A DNA stretch of 64,000 nucleotides from an uncultured Clostridia bacterium (GCA_947623285.1 CANQGP010000003.1:853-64852), one strand, 5' to 3'. Numbered from the stretch's first letter, positions 1-10,905 are shown. Numbers and translations are program-made. The notes: generated from the letters alone by a model not told the origin.

Positions 1-1379
1 ATGTTGATAGAATAAATGAGAAAGAAAAAGATGTACAAGCATTTGTTACAGTCTTAACAGATGAAGCAATGAAACAAGCACAAGATATAGAAGAAAAAAT
101 TAATAGAGGAGAAAATAAAGGCGAATTTGAGGGTATTCCTATAGGAATAAAAGATAACATGTGTACTAAAGGAGTAAAAACAACCTGTTCATCTAAAATG
201 CTTGAGAATTTTGTATCTCCTTATGATGCAACTGTTATAGAAAAATTAAATAATGAAAATTTAATTAATTTAGGGAAATTAAATATGGATGAATTTGCTA
301 TGGGTGGTTCAACAGAACATTCATATTTTCATAACACATTTAATCCATGGAATTTAAACAAAGTGCCTGGTGGTTCATCAGGAGGTTCAGCTGCAGCTGT
401 AGCTGCTAATTTAGTACCATGGTCATTAGGTTCAGATACAGGTGGCTCTATAAGACAGCCAGCTAGTTTTTGTGGAGTAGTTGGGTTAAAACCAACATAT
501 GGTTTAGTATCAAGATATGGATTAGTAGCGTTTGCTTCATCATTAGACCAAATAGGACCTATAACTAAAGATGTTTATGATAGTGCTATGTTATTAAATA
601 TAATTGCAGGACATGATGAGAGAGATACAACATCTGCAAATATAGAAAAGAAAGACTATGTAAAAGCTTTAAAAAATGATGTAAAAGGTTTAAAGATAGG
701 AATTCCAAAAGAGTTCTATGGTGAAGGTGTTGAACCTGATGTAGAAGCTAAACTAAAAGAAGCTATAGAAAAATATAAAGAATTAGGAGCAGAAGTAGAA
801 GAATTTTCACTTGATGTTGCTGAATACTCATTAGCTGCTTATTATATAGTTGCTTGTGCAGAAGCAAGTTCAAACTTAGGTAGATTTGATGGAGTTAGAT
901 ATACTTATAGACCTAAAGAAGTTAATGGATTATGGGATTTATATAAAAAGGCAAGAAGTGAAGCATTTGGAGATGAAGTAAAAAGAAGAATAATTCTTGG
1001 TACTTATGTATTGTCATCAGGATATTATGATGCATACTATAAAAAAGCTCAAAAAGTTCGTACATTAGTTATGAAAGAATTTGACAAAGCATTTGAAAAA
1101 TATGATGTAATAATAACACCTACATCACCAACAGTAGCTTTTGATATAGGAGGAAAAATTGACGATCCGCTATCTATGTATAAGTCTGATATATGTACAG
1201 TTTCTGTAAATATTGCAGGACTACCTGGAATTTCAATTCCTTGCGGTGTCGACAGTAAAGGAATGCCAATAGGAATGCAGATTATAGGAAATAAATTCCA
1301 AGAAGAAACTATATTAAATGCAGCATATACTTATGAACAAGCAACAAAATTTAGAGAAAATTATAAACCAAAATGCTAG
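1..1379 (+). CDS. gatA: Glu-tRNA(Gln)/Asp-tRNA(Asn) amidotransferase subunit A, 5'-truncated by window edge
   Basis: Frame 3 is open from base 3 ([26 protein letters not shown]) into the 69..1379 ORF. Amidase signature [12 protein letters not shown] / [12 protein letters not shown]. gatB follows 15 nt later. Confidence 0.95.
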   Translation, partial: VDRINEKEKDVQAFVTVLTDEAMKQAQDIEEKINRGENKGEFEGIPIGIKDNMCTKGVKTTCSSKMLENFVSPYDATVIEKLNNENLINLGKLNMDEFAMGGSTEHSYFHNTFNPWNLNKVPGGSSGGSAAAVAANLVPWSLGSDTGGSIRQPASFCGVVGLKPTYGLVSRYGLVAFASSLDQIGPITKDVYDSAMLLNIIAGHDERDTTSANIEKKDYVKALKNDVKGLKIGIPKEFYGEGVEPDVEAKLKEAIEKYKELGAEVEEFSLDVAEYSLAAYYIVACAEASSNLGRFDGVRYTYRPKEVNGLWDLYKKARSEAFGDEVKRRIILGTYVLSSGYYDAYYKKAQKVRTLVMKEFDKAFEKYDVIITPTSPTVAFDIGGKIDDPLSMYKSDICTVSVNIAGLPGISIPCGVDSKGMPIGMQIIGNKFQEETILNAAYTYEQATKFRENYKPKC

Positions 1380-1393
1380 GAGGTAAATAATAA

Positions 1394-2836
1394 ATGTCAA
1401 GAGAAGATTATGAAGCAGTAATAGGACTAGAGGTTCACGCAGAATTATCAACTAAAACTAAAATATTCTGTTCTTGTGCAAACGAATTTGGAGGAGACCC
1501 AAATACTCATATTTGTCCAGTTTGTACAGCTATGCCAGGAAGCTTACCTGTTTTAAATGAAAAAGTTGTAGAATATGCAGTAAAAGCAGGATTAGCTACA
1601 AATTGCACTATTTCTAAAGATAGCAAAAATGATAGAAAAAATTATTTTTATCCAGATACACCTAAAGCTTATCAAATTTCTCAATATGATAAACCACTTT
1701 GTGAAAATGGTTATGTGGAAATAGAAACAGCGGATGGAAACAAAAAAGAAATTAGAATAGAGAGAATTCATATAGAGGATGATGCAGGAAAACTAAACCA
1801 TGATGATTTCGGAGGAGATAGCTTAGTTGATTTAAACAGAGCAGGAGTTCCATTAATTGAAACTGTATCAAAACCAGATATGAGAAGTGCAGAAGAAGCG
1901 GAGCAATATCTAAGAAAATTAAAGTCAATATTTGAATATATAGAAGTGTCTGATTGTAAAATGCAAGAAGGGTCTTTACGTGCAGATGTAAATGTATCTG
2001 TAAGAAAAAAAGGAACTTCAGAATTAGGAACACGTACAGAGATGAAAAACATGAACTCTTTTAGAAGTATAGTTAGAGCAATTGATTACGAAATTGATAG
2101 ACAAATTGATTTAATTGAAGATGGAGGAAAAGTAACACAAGAATCTCTAAGATGGGATGATGTGTCTGGAAAAACATTTTCAATGAGAGGTAAGGAGGAT
2201 GCAGAAGATTACAGATATTTTCCAGATCCAGACTTAGTTGCAATTAGATTATCAGATGAGTATGTTGAAAAAATTAGAGCTGAATTACCAGAGCTTCCAG
2301 AAATAAGAAAACAAAGATACTTAGAAAAATATAAATTAGCAGAAAAGGATGCAAAATTAATTACATCTTCTAAATACTTATCAGATTTATTTGAACAGGC
2401 AATTGAAGTATGTAACAATCCTAAAGCAGTAAATAACTGGATTATTTCAGATATTTCAAGAATATTAAATGAAACCGAAATGGAACCAAGTGAAATACCT
2501 TTTGATGCTAAACAATTAGGTGAATTAGTAATTTTAATTGATAAAGGAACAATTAGCTCAAGCATAGGAAAGAAAGTACTTACAGAAATGTTTGAAAATC
2601 CAAGAAATCCTGAAGAAATAATAAAAGAAAAAGGCTGGATACAAATTTCTGATGAAGGTGCTATAAAAGAAGTAGTTATGAAAGTTCTTGAAGCAAACCA
2701 AAAATCTGTAGAAGATTATAAAGCTGGTAAAGATAAAGCATTGGGATTTTTGGTAGGACAAGCTATGAAAGAGACGAAAGGTAAAGCTAATCCACAAATG
2801 CTTAACAAAATGTTTAAAGAAGAATTAAATAAATAG
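1394..2836 (+). CDS. gatB: Glu-tRNA(Gln)/Asp-tRNA(Asn) amidotransferase subunit B
   Basis: 480 aa. N-terminal EAVIGLEVHAEL, CPVC zinc motif and GatB/YqeY-type C-terminal tail. AGGAGG RBS upstream; directly downstream of gatA. Confidence 0.95.
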   Translation: MSREDYEAVIGLEVHAELSTKTKIFCSCANEFGGDPNTHICPVCTAMPGSLPVLNEKVVEYAVKAGLATNCTISKDSKNDRKNYFYPDTPKAYQISQYDKPLCENGYVEIETADGNKKEIRIERIHIEDDAGKLNHDDFGGDSLVDLNRAGVPLIETVSKPDMRSAEEAEQYLRKLKSIFEYIEVSDCKMQEGSLRADVNVSVRKKGTSELGTRTEMKNMNSFRSIVRAIDYEIDRQIDLIEDGGKVTQESLRWDDVSGKTFSMRGKEDAEDYRYFPDPDLVAIRLSDEYVEKIRAELPELPEIRKQRYLEKYKLAEKDAKLITSSKYLSDLFEQAIEVCNNPKAVNNWIISDISRILNETEMEPSEIPFDAKQLGELVILIDKGTISSSIGKKVLTEMFENPRNPEEIIKEKGWIQISDEGAIKEVVMKVLEANQKSVEDYKAGKDKALGFLVGQAMKETKGKANPQMLNKMFKEELNK

Positions 2837-2856
2837 AAATTAAAAATATTTTCAGG

Positions 2857-2895
2857 CTGTAAACAAAATTAAAAAGTTTTGTTTACAGTTTTTTT
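2857..2895 (+). terminator. Rho-independent terminator after gatB
   Basis: 12-bp stem CTGTAAACAAAA / TTTTGTTTACAG, 8-nt loop, then T7 run. Confidence 0.8.
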
Positions 2896-2997
2896 AAGTG
2901 AGTCAGGATTGGCTAAAATTTCCATTGATTTCAAGGGTTTAAGATGTTATTATTAATATAAGTAAAACAACATTGCAAAAGATAGAGAGGTAATAAC

Positions 2998-3258
2998 ATG
3001 ATAAAAAAGTTTTTTTCTATGATACACAATATTTTTAAAAATTTAGATAAAACTGCTATACATATTTTAAAAAAAGGATTAATCTTTTGTTCAGTTTTGT
3101 GTATTATTTCGATCATAATATTATTTATCTATAACATTATAGGCAATCCTTTTATATTTGATTTAGGATTAACTATGTTTAGAGCAAGTATTATATTTGC
3201 TATTGAATTTGTTATTTGCGCTGTTGCAGCAGACAAAATAAAAAAACAATTGATATAA
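2998..3258 (+). CDS. small hydrophobic membrane protein (hypothetical)
   Basis: 86 aa with two long hydrophobic segments. AGAGAGG RBS-like motif just upstream. No family recognised. Confidence 0.45.
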   Translation: MIKKFFSMIHNIFKNLDKTAIHILKKGLIFCSVLCIISIIILFIYNIIGNPFIFDLGLTMFRASIIFAIEFVICAVAADKIKKQLI

Positions 3259-3304
3259 ATTAGGAGGTGACAATAGACTAAAAATAAGTATTAAATAGAC
3301 AAGT

Positions 3305-3340
3305 AAAAAAATCCAACTCGGCAAGAGTTGGTTTTTTTTT
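3305..3340 (+). terminator. Rho-independent terminator
   Basis: CCAACTC ggcaa GAGTTGG followed by T9; preceded by an A-run, so possibly bidirectional. Confidence 0.75.
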
Positions 3341-3370
3341 ACTACACTTTAGTTTTGTGAAGCAAAGCAT

Positions 3371-3480
3371 AATAAGAACCCTACCCACCAACACAATCAA
3401 AGATTGTGGGTGGGTTCCCAGGAACCTTGTTGTCTTCGACAATAAAATACCTCCAGCTAAGCCGGAGGATATTTATTTAA
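3371..3480 (+). repeat. structured intergenic element, copy A of 3
   Basis: Shares its layout with 10906..11030 and 60423..60540: GAACC, a hairpin with apical CAATCAAAGATTG, a GAACCTTGTTGT..ACAATAAAATA hairpin, and a GC-rich terminator hairpin (CCTCCAGC/GCCGGAGG). Lies at a convergent gene junction. Confidence 0.6.
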
Positions 3481-3509
3481 TAAAAACTATGCATAATCTT
3501 TATTATTTG

Positions 3510-3776
3510 TTAGTTCATAGCTGCATTTAATTTTTTAGATAAAGCAGATTTTTTTCTAGCTGCTGTGTTTTTAACTATAACACCTTTACTACAAGCTTGA
3601 TCAATTTTCTTTGTAGCCTCAGAAAATAAAGCTTTAGCTTCATCCATTTTTTTATCTTCAATTGCTTGTTCAAATTTCTTAATAGTTGTTTTGTAAGCTG
3701 ATTTAATCATGTTATTTCTTAATGTTTTCTTTTCTATTATTTTTACTCTTTTCTTAGCTGACTTGATATTTGGCAT
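3510..3776 (-). CDS. rpsT: 30S ribosomal protein S20
   Basis: 88 aa. [22 protein letters not shown] is the canonical bS20 N-terminus; basic and helical throughout. Confidence 0.95.
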   Translation of the reverse strand: MPNIKSAKKRVKIIEKKTLRNNMIKSAYKTTIKKFEQAIEDKKMDEAKALFSEATKKIDQACSKGVIVKNTAARKKSALSKKLNAAMN

Positions 3777-3946
3777 CTATTTTTGCACCTCCTTATGAAA
3801 GTAATTAATCTAACATATGCTATTTTAACATATTTCTAAAGAATTTGCAAGTAAATCAAGAAAAATATGTATTTTAAATGAAAATTATTGTAAAAAATTT
3901 CAAGTTATGATATATTTAGAGAAATTGAAAGATTGGAGTGATACAT

Positions 3947-4393
3947 ATGATAGCAATAGGAAGCGACCATGGAGGATATAAACTAAAAGAAGAAATAAAA
4001 AGATATTTAGAAGAAAAAAATATAGAATGCAAAGATTTTGGATGTAACAGTGAAGAAAGTGTAGATTATCCTGATATAGCTACAAATGTTGCAAAATCAG
4101 TTCAAAATGGAGAATGTGACAAAGGAATATTAGTATGTCGTTCAGGAATAGGAATGTCTATAGTCGCAAATAAATTTAAAGGAATTAGATGTGCAAATTG
4201 CGACACAGAAGAAAAAGCTAAATTCTCAAGAATGCATAATGATTCAAATATCTTAGCGTTAGGAGCAGATTATTTAACAGAAAATGAAGCAATATGCATA
4301 TTAAGAATATGGATTGCTACTGAATTTGAAGGCGGAAGGCATGAAGAAAGAGTAAAACTAATAGAGGAAATCGAATCAACTAATATGAAATAA
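3947..4393 (+). CDS. rpiB: ribose-5-phosphate isomerase B (RpiB/LacAB family)
   Basis: [16 protein letters not shown] and [14 protein letters not shown] motifs. ATG at 3947 has GGAG 9 nt upstream; the track's GTG at 3938 overlaps the RBS. Confidence 0.9.
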   Translation: MIAIGSDHGGYKLKEEIKRYLEEKNIECKDFGCNSEESVDYPDIATNVAKSVQNGECDKGILVCRSGIGMSIVANKFKGIRCANCDTEEKAKFSRMHNDSNILALGADYLTENEAICILRIWIATEFEGGRHEERVKLIEEIESTNMK

Positions 4394-4413
4394 ACTACGG
4401 AGGTATCAATGAT

Positions 4414-5652
4414 ATGTGGGGAAACATAGCAATAGCCTTTCTACTTGCTTTTATTGTTGCATTTATGGCAACACCGTATACAATAAAGATAGCAGAAAAA
4501 GTAGGGGCTGTAGATATACCAAAAGATAAAAGAAGAATGCATAAAAAAGTAATGCCAAGATTTGGAGGACCGGCAGTAATACTAGGATTTCTTGTCTCAG
4601 TTATATATTTATTAATTGTAATGAGCATAGAAGGTAGTATTAATCTATTTGGAATGGATGAATATGGGAAAAAACTATTAGGCTTTTTCCTTGGAATTGT
4701 TATAATAACTATAACTTGTGTAATAGATGATATAAAAGAAATAAAGCCAATTTTTAAATTAGTAGGGCAACTCTTAGCAGCAATTGTAGTGGTATCATTT
4801 GGAATAACGATAGATGACATAAATGTTAGATTTATAGAAATCCCTGAATTAGGAGAATTCGTTCAATCTTTAATCACTATACTATGGATTATAGGTGTAA
4901 CTAATGCAATAAATTTGATAGATGGACTTGATGGCTTATCTTCAGGAATTACAGCTATTTCAGCCATTTCATTATTAATAATATTTATATTAAATGGGTC
5001 ACCAGCTGTGGCTGTAGTATTAATAACAGCACTAACAGGAGCTTTAGTAGGATTTTTACCATTTAATTTTGCACCTGCAAAAACATTCATAGGAGATACG
5101 GGTTCTAATTTCTTAGGATTTGCAATATCGATTATTGCGATATTGGGAGTAGCAAAAACTTATACAGCAGTGGTAATAGTTTTACCTATAATTGTTTTAG
5201 GGTTACCAATATTTGATACTTTGTGGGCAATTATTAGAAGGCTCATAAAAGGAAAGTCAATAAAAGCTGTTTTTAAAGGAGACAAAGGTCATTTACATCA
5301 TAGAATTGTTAGAATGGGATTTAGCCAAAAACAAGCGGTTTTAATATTATATGGAATTAGTGCATCATTTGGATTATTTGCAATAATACTATTTGATAGT
5401 GGAATTTGGAAAGCAATGTCATTCTTATTGATGGTAATTGTTGCAATTGCATTGGGATATAAGAATTTTAAAAGAGAAAAAAGCACTGATGAAAGATTTG
5501 AATGTGTTGAATGTAAATATATATACAATCCTAAATTTGGAAATGAAAAGGCAGGAATAAAGCCAGGAACATCATTTGATGATTTGCCAGATAATTGGGT
5601 ATGCCCAGTTTGTGGAGAAGGAAAAGATATGTTTGAATTACATGAAGACTAA
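4414..5652 (+). CDS. undecaprenyl-phosphate sugar-1-phosphate transferase (MraY/WecA/TagO GT4 family) with C-terminal rubredoxin domain
   Basis: Polytopic protein with [14 protein letters not shown] and [11 protein letters not shown] motifs. The last ~53 aa (nt ~5491..5649), [12 protein letters not shown]...[25 protein letters not shown], is a textbook rubredoxin (CxxC...CPxCG) with no intervening stop. Confidence 0.85.
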   Translation: MWGNIAIAFLLAFIVAFMATPYTIKIAEKVGAVDIPKDKRRMHKKVMPRFGGPAVILGFLVSVIYLLIVMSIEGSINLFGMDEYGKKLLGFFLGIVIITITCVIDDIKEIKPIFKLVGQLLAAIVVVSFGITIDDINVRFIEIPELGEFVQSLITILWIIGVTNAINLIDGLDGLSSGITAISAISLLIIFILNGSPAVAVVLITALTGALVGFLPFNFAPAKTFIGDTGSNFLGFAISIIAILGVAKTYTAVVIVLPIIVLGLPIFDTLWAIIRRLIKGKSIKAVFKGDKGHLHHRIVRMGFSQKQAVLILYGISASFGLFAIILFDSGIWKAMSFLLMVIVAIALGYKNFKREKSTDERFECVECKYIYNPKFGNEKAGIKPGTSFDDLPDNWVCPVCGEGKDMFELHED

Positions 5653-5678
5653 TAAAGAAAAAGAAAGGAAGTAATAAA

Positions 5679-6600
5679 ATGAGTAATGAAGTATTAATTT
5701 TTGGACATAAAAGTCCAGATACAGACACAATATGTTCAGCTATAGTAAAACAAATATTAAATGAAAAAAGTGGAGACACTAATGTAAAAGCAATGAGATT
5801 AGGAGAAATAAATAAAGAAACACGGATATGTTTTAAACTATCTTGGAATTGAAAAACCGGAATTACTTGAAAGTGTAGAAGAAGGACAAGAAGTAATTTT
5901 AGTAGATCATAATGAATTTAATCAAAGTGTAAATGGAATTGAAAATGCAAAAATACTAGAAGTTATAGATCACCATAGAATTTGCAATTTTGAAACTATG
6001 GAGCCTTTATTCTATACAGCAAAACCTTATGGTTGTACATCAACAATTCTTTATGGAGAATTTAAACAACGCGGAATAGAAATTGAAAAGAAAGAAGCAT
6101 TATTAATGGCAAGTGCTATTATATCTGATACATTATTATTAAAATCACCAACAACTACTGAATATGACAGAGAAGTGCTAGGAGTTTTAGCTCAAATAGC
6201 AGACATAGATATAGATGAATATGGCTTAGAAATGCTTAAAGCAGGAACAGATTTAGATGATTTCACAGAAGAAGAATTAATCAATTTGGATGCCAAAGAG
6301 TTCGAAAAAGATGGAGTAAGATGTGTTATTGCACAAGTCAATACAGTTAATATAGACGATGTATTACAAAGAGAAGAAAAGCTAAAAGAAGCTATGAATA
6401 ATGAAATAGAAAATAAAAACTTAGATGTATGTATATTGGCAATAACTGATATATTAAATAGCAATTCAGAATTGATTGTTTTGGGAAATAGAACAGATGT
6501 AGTAGAAAAATCTCATCATCTAGAAGATGATAAAGTATTTTTAGAAGGTGTAGTTTCAAGAAAGAAACAATTACTACCATTAGTAGAAAGTAACATATAA
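5679..6600 (+). pseudogene. ppaC: Mn-dependent inorganic pyrophosphatase (family II, DHH), disrupted by a +1 frameshift near 5825
   Basis: 5679..5852 encodes MSNEVLIFGHKSPDTDTICSA...EINKETR, then stops. The +1 frame continues YVLNYLGIEKPELL...VILVDHNEF...VIDHHR and joins the 5998..6600 ORF. Total length is 3n+1. Confidence 0.85.
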
Positions 6601-6739
6601 AAACAAAAGCTGTATCCTTAGGGAAACAAAGGATACAGCATATTTTTGCATAAAAATATGACAAAAATTTGACAAATTTTTGATAATAAGGTATAATATG
6701 TTTGTGTTGAAAATTTTAACAAAAAAGAAGGAGAAAAAA

Positions 6740-7900
6740 ATGAAAACTAAAATGAATATTAAGAACATTACAGCCATTGCAGCTCTAGTAATTATGAGTT
6801 TCGTGTTCTTAAATATGAGTTTTGCTGCAAATACAATAGAAACTGAAACTCCTACGGAGGAAACGACTACAACAACTACAGAAGAAAAAAACGAAACTGA
6901 GGAAGTTGAGAATACTGAAGAAGCAACGACAGAAGAAAATGCTCAAGATGAAAACACAGAAGAAGTTCAACAAACAGAGGAATCAACAGAACCAGAACAA
7001 CAAGAAACACAAATACAAAACGGAAAATATTTTATAGCAGATAATATAAAACTTAAAGTTGTACCTTTAATAACTGCAACAAGCACACAAGAAATACAAA
7101 AAAACCAAGAAGTAAATGTAGAAAAAGTAATTAATGGATGGGCTTACATAGAAGAAGCAACAACAGGTACAAAAGGTTGGATAAGAACTGAAAAATTGAA
7201 AACAGAAGAGCAAAAACAAGCTGATGATCAAGCAGCAGATGAAGCAGCAAAAGCTGCTGCAGAAGAAGCTGATAAAAATGCTCCAGCAATAAAAAAAGTT
7301 TATGTTCAACCAGAAAAAGTTAATTTAAGAAAAGAAAATAGTACAGAATCAGAAACAATAGGAAAATTACCACAAAACACAGAAGTTGAGGTAATATCAG
7401 AAGATAGTAAATGGAGTAAATGTAGAGTAAATGGAATGATTGGTTTCATTTCAACACAATACTTAGGAAATAAAAAAGTTGAAACTACATCAAGAGCTTC
7501 TAAAGCAAGAGAAGTTACAGCAGATACACAATTACATGATGTTGCAGCTTCAGGAACAGGAGCAGAAATAGCAGCATTTGCAAGATCATTAGTTGGTAAA
7601 TCATATGTTAGCGGTGGAGTAGGACCAAACGCATTTGACTGCTCAGGATTAACAATGTATGTATTTGGACATTTTGGAATAAGTTTACCACATTACTCTG
7701 AATCTCAAAGAAATTATGGTAGAGCAGTTGACAGAAGCGAATTAGCACCTGGTGATTTGGTTTGCTATAGAGGTCATGTAGCTATTTATATTGGCGGAGG
7801 TCAAGTAGTTCATGCAGGAAGTTCAAAAACAGGAGTATGTATAACAACAGTAGATAGAGCTAAATCAGGTGCATATATATGTTCAAGAAGATTAGTTTAA
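6740..7900 (+). CDS. secreted cell-wall hydrolase: T/E-rich linker, two SH3b-like domains, C-terminal NlpC/P60 domain
   Basis: Signal peptide MKTKMNIKNITAIAALVIMSFVFLNMSFA with AAGGAG RBS upstream. NlpC/P60 Cys/His motifs DCSGLTMYVF...GHVAIYIG. Confidence 0.85.
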   Translation: MKTKMNIKNITAIAALVIMSFVFLNMSFAANTIETETPTEETTTTTTEEKNETEEVENTEEATTEENAQDENTEEVQQTEESTEPEQQETQIQNGKYFIADNIKLKVVPLITATSTQEIQKNQEVNVEKVINGWAYIEEATTGTKGWIRTEKLKTEEQKQADDQAADEAAKAAAEEADKNAPAIKKVYVQPEKVNLRKENSTESETIGKLPQNTEVEVISEDSKWSKCRVNGMIGFISTQYLGNKKVETTSRASKAREVTADTQLHDVAASGTGAEIAAFARSLVGKSYVSGGVGPNAFDCSGLTMYVFGHFGISLPHYSESQRNYGRAVDRSELAPGDLVCYRGHVAIYIGGGQVVHAGSSKTGVCITTVDRAKSGAYICSRRLV

Positions 7901-7920
7901 TTTAAGGAGGCAATTAAATA

Positions 7921-10383
7921 TTGGCAAGACCAATAGTAGTTGCTACCATAGGTTATATAATAGGAATAATAACAGGGCTATACTTAAAAAGTATAGTCCC
8001 TTTTTATGCTTTTATGGTAGTATTTTTAATAATAGTATATTTAATCACAAAATTTAAATCATATAATAGATATTTTAGATATATAAAACTTATATTAAAT
8101 TTTCAAACAATTATATTAATTCTAATAACTTCAATAATTGGATTCTTAAATATATCCCAAAAAGAAAAAGAATATCAAGAAACATATAAAAATATGGAGC
8201 AGCAAAATAATATAGAAGCAGAAGGAATAGTAGTGAGCAATAAAATAGAAAAGGATTTTAATAATATATATAGAATAAAAATATATAAAGTTAATGGAAA
8301 ACAAGTCAAATCAAAAAAATTTTATTGTTATATAAATAAAGATCAAAAAGATATTAAATACGGAAACAAAGTTAAATTGAAAGGAATATTTTTGCGACCT
8401 AAATCAGCAAGAAATGAAAACACATTCAACTACGAAAACTATTTGAAAATAAAAACAGTATATGGAGCAATTAAAGTAAAAAGTATTGAAACACAAGGAG
8501 TAAATACATATAGTCCAATTTTAAAATTTGCAAATGATATAAATTTAAAAATAAAAGAGAATGCAAAAAGTATAAAAGACGAGAAAATTAGAAGTGTATA
8601 TTTAGGAATAGTATTAGGAGATACTTCAACAATGGATGATGAAACGCAAATGAATTTTAGAGAAGCAGGGATGTCACATATATTAGCTGTATCAGGAATG
8701 CATATATCTTATTTAATAATTTGTAGTGTGGTAATTTTTAAATCGATATTTAATAAAAGAATAGCAAACATTATAACTAGTTTAATTATAATTGTGTATA
8801 TATTGATAACAGGCTTTTCATCATCAATAGCCAGAGCAGGAATTATGGGCATAATTTTATTATTTTCAAATGTATTTTATAGAAAAAACGATATGGCAAC
8901 AAGTATCAGTCTGTCATTGCTAATATTAATTATAGTAAATCCTTATTTAATTACAGATGTAGGTTTACAACTATCATATTCAGGGACGATTGGAATTATA
9001 TTATTTAGAAAACCTATATTGAAAATGATGAGAAAAATAAAAATAAAGGATAAAACTATAAGAGCAAGAATTCCTAGATTTATAATAAAGATTTCTGATA
9101 AAATAAAGGAAGTAATTGCAATAACATTAGCAGCACAAATAATGATTCTACCAATTTCAATTTATCAATTTAATCTTTTTAGCAGTTATTTTATCATTAC
9201 AAACTTTTTTGTAAGTTTAATTATAGGAATTGCTTATATAATCGCTATTATCTTTACGATAATGACATTTATTAATATAGGAATCTCTATAAAAATTAGT
9301 TTTTTCTTAAATCAAATTCTAAAATTAATCATATTTATTTCTGAAATTCCAAACAAATTAATCGGTTCAAAAATATATTTGCCATCACCCACTATTATAC
9401 AAATAGGAGGCTATTATATATTTATATTCATACTTTTCTATATAGCTAACATTAAAAGTAAAAGGAAAAGAAATATGTCAGAGCAAAGAGTATTAAATTT
9501 GATTGCTTTAGCTAAATTTAGATACAGAGAGATGAGCAAAAGAAAAAAGCGAATAATCTTTGCACTTATAATATCTATTTTTATGATAGCTATGATTATC
9601 CCAAAAGACTTAGAAATAAAATTTTTAGATGTAGATCAAGGGGACAGTACATTTATATCAACTCCTAGTAAAAAAACAATTTTAGTTGATGGAGGAGAAG
9701 ACGAAGAAACGGTTTTTCAATATCTCTTAAAAAACGGATATTTAGAGGTTGACTATATTATAATAAGCCATTTTGATTCAGACCATGTAAATGGCATATT
9801 TACAGTTTTAGAAAATCTAAAAGTAAACAATGTTATTATTGCAAAGCAAGTAGAAGACTCAGAAAATTATAAAAAATTTTTGGATATAATTAATCAAAAA
9901 AATATAAAAGTAATCACTGTGAAAAAGGGAGATAGAATAAAAATAGACAATGATTGTTATTTTGATATATTATGGCCCGATAAAAAACCGATAAGTGAAA
10001 ATGCAGCAAATAATAATGCTATAGTAGCTAAATTTGTTCATAAAGATTTTTCATGTTTGTTTACAGGAGACATAGAAGATATTGCCGAGAAAGAAATTAT
10101 TCAATTATATAATAAAGAATTGAATAGTACAATCTTAAAAGTTGCTCATCATGGTTCTAAAACATCGTCAACTCAAGAATTTTTAGAAAAAGTTAAACCA
10201 CAAATCGCTTTAATAGGAGTTGGTAAAGACAATAAATTTGGACATCCTAATGAAGAAGTTATTTCTAGATTGCAAAAATTCACAGACAAAATTTATAGAA
10301 CAGATTTGAAAGGCGAAATCTGTATAAATTTCACAAGATTGTCAATAATAAGAATAAAATATCTTATAGAAGACAAAAAATAA
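7921..10383 (+). CDS. comEC: DNA internalisation competence protein ComEC/Rec2
   Basis: 820 aa. N-terminal polytopic competence domain (MSHILAVSGMHISY) plus C-terminal metallo-beta-lactamase fold (ISHFDSDHVNG, KVAHHGSKTS). TTG start after AAGGAGG. Confidence 0.9.
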   Translation: MARPIVVATIGYIIGIITGLYLKSIVPFYAFMVVFLIIVYLITKFKSYNRYFRYIKLILNFQTIILILITSIIGFLNISQKEKEYQETYKNMEQQNNIEAEGIVVSNKIEKDFNNIYRIKIYKVNGKQVKSKKFYCYINKDQKDIKYGNKVKLKGIFLRPKSARNENTFNYENYLKIKTVYGAIKVKSIETQGVNTYSPILKFANDINLKIKENAKSIKDEKIRSVYLGIVLGDTSTMDDETQMNFREAGMSHILAVSGMHISYLIICSVVIFKSIFNKRIANIITSLIIIVYILITGFSSSIARAGIMGIILLFSNVFYRKNDMATSISLSLLILIIVNPYLITDVGLQLSYSGTIGIILFRKPILKMMRKIKIKDKTIRARIPRFIIKISDKIKEVIAITLAAQIMILPISIYQFNLFSSYFIITNFFVSLIIGIAYIIAIIFTIMTFINIGISIKISFFLNQILKLIIFISEIPNKLIGSKIYLPSPTIIQIGGYYIFIFILFYIANIKSKRKRNMSEQRVLNLIALAKFRYREMSKRKKRIIFALIISIFMIAMIIPKDLEIKFLDVDQGDSTFISTPSKKTILVDGGEDEETVFQYLLKNGYLEVDYIIISHFDSDHVNGIFTVLENLKVNNVIIAKQVEDSENYKKFLDIINQKNIKVITVKKGDRIKIDNDCYFDILWPDKKPISENAANNNAIVAKFVHKDFSCLFTGDIEDIAEKEIIQLYNKELNSTILKVAHHGSKTSSTQEFLEKVKPQIALIGVGKDNKFGHPNEEVISRLQKFTDKIYRTDLKGEICINFTRLSIIRIKYLIEDKK

Positions 10384-10464
10384 ATGGGTATAAAAATAGA
10401 CTAAGCATCTATAAGTAAAAAATAATAAACTAATCTATAAAAATTGGAAAGGAAAGAAAGCTAA

Positions 10465-10899
10465 ATGAATAAAGTAATAATTACAATGATTGCAATTATA
10501 GTAATATTATCAGCTATTATAATTGGAATGAATATATATAAAGAACAAGAATATGCAAAATCCAATAATCAAAGTAATGAAGAAATTATAGTCGCAGATA
10601 CTAATGAAGAAGAAATATATGATGATTGTACAGATGAAGCGGAAGTTTTAGAAAAAGAAGCAGAAATTTTGCAAGTAAACTCAAATTACGAAAAAGAAGA
10701 TGTAAATAAATTTGTGTTGCGTGATTATAATGGGATGATAGTAGTCTATAAAATAAATGAAGATGGGGAAGAAGAGGAATATAATGCAACAGACATTTCA
10801 GTAGAATATTTAACAAAAGAAGATCAGGAAAATTTAAAAAATGGAATAACAGTTACAGGAATAGAGAATATGAATCAATTGTTAGAAAATTTTGAATAA
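10465..10899 (+). CDS. membrane-anchored acidic protein, hypothetical (possible BofC-like C-terminal domain)
   Basis: 144 aa with an N-terminal TM helix. The tail LRDYNGMIVVYK...LKNGITVTGIENMNQLLENFE resembles BofC-C-type domains from memory only. Confidence 0.5.
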   Translation: MNKVIITMIAIIVILSAIIIGMNIYKEQEYAKSNNQSNEEIIVADTNEEEIYDDCTDEAEVLEKEAEILQVNSNYEKEDVNKFVLRDYNGMIVVYKINEDGEEEEYNATDISVEYLTKEDQENLKNGITVTGIENMNQLLENFE

Positions 10900-10905
10900 G
10901 AACTT

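Noticed and set aside
1752-2797. Antisense ORFs inside gatB (1752..2033, 1768..2052, 2209..2565, 2558..2797), plus similar shadow ORFs opposite clpE, comEC, the terminase, portal, tape-measure and pdp genes.
   Set aside because: All lie fully within strong, family-recognisable genes on the other strand. They are low-complexity F/L/I/S-rich translations typical of AT-rich antisense frames, and they lack RBSs.
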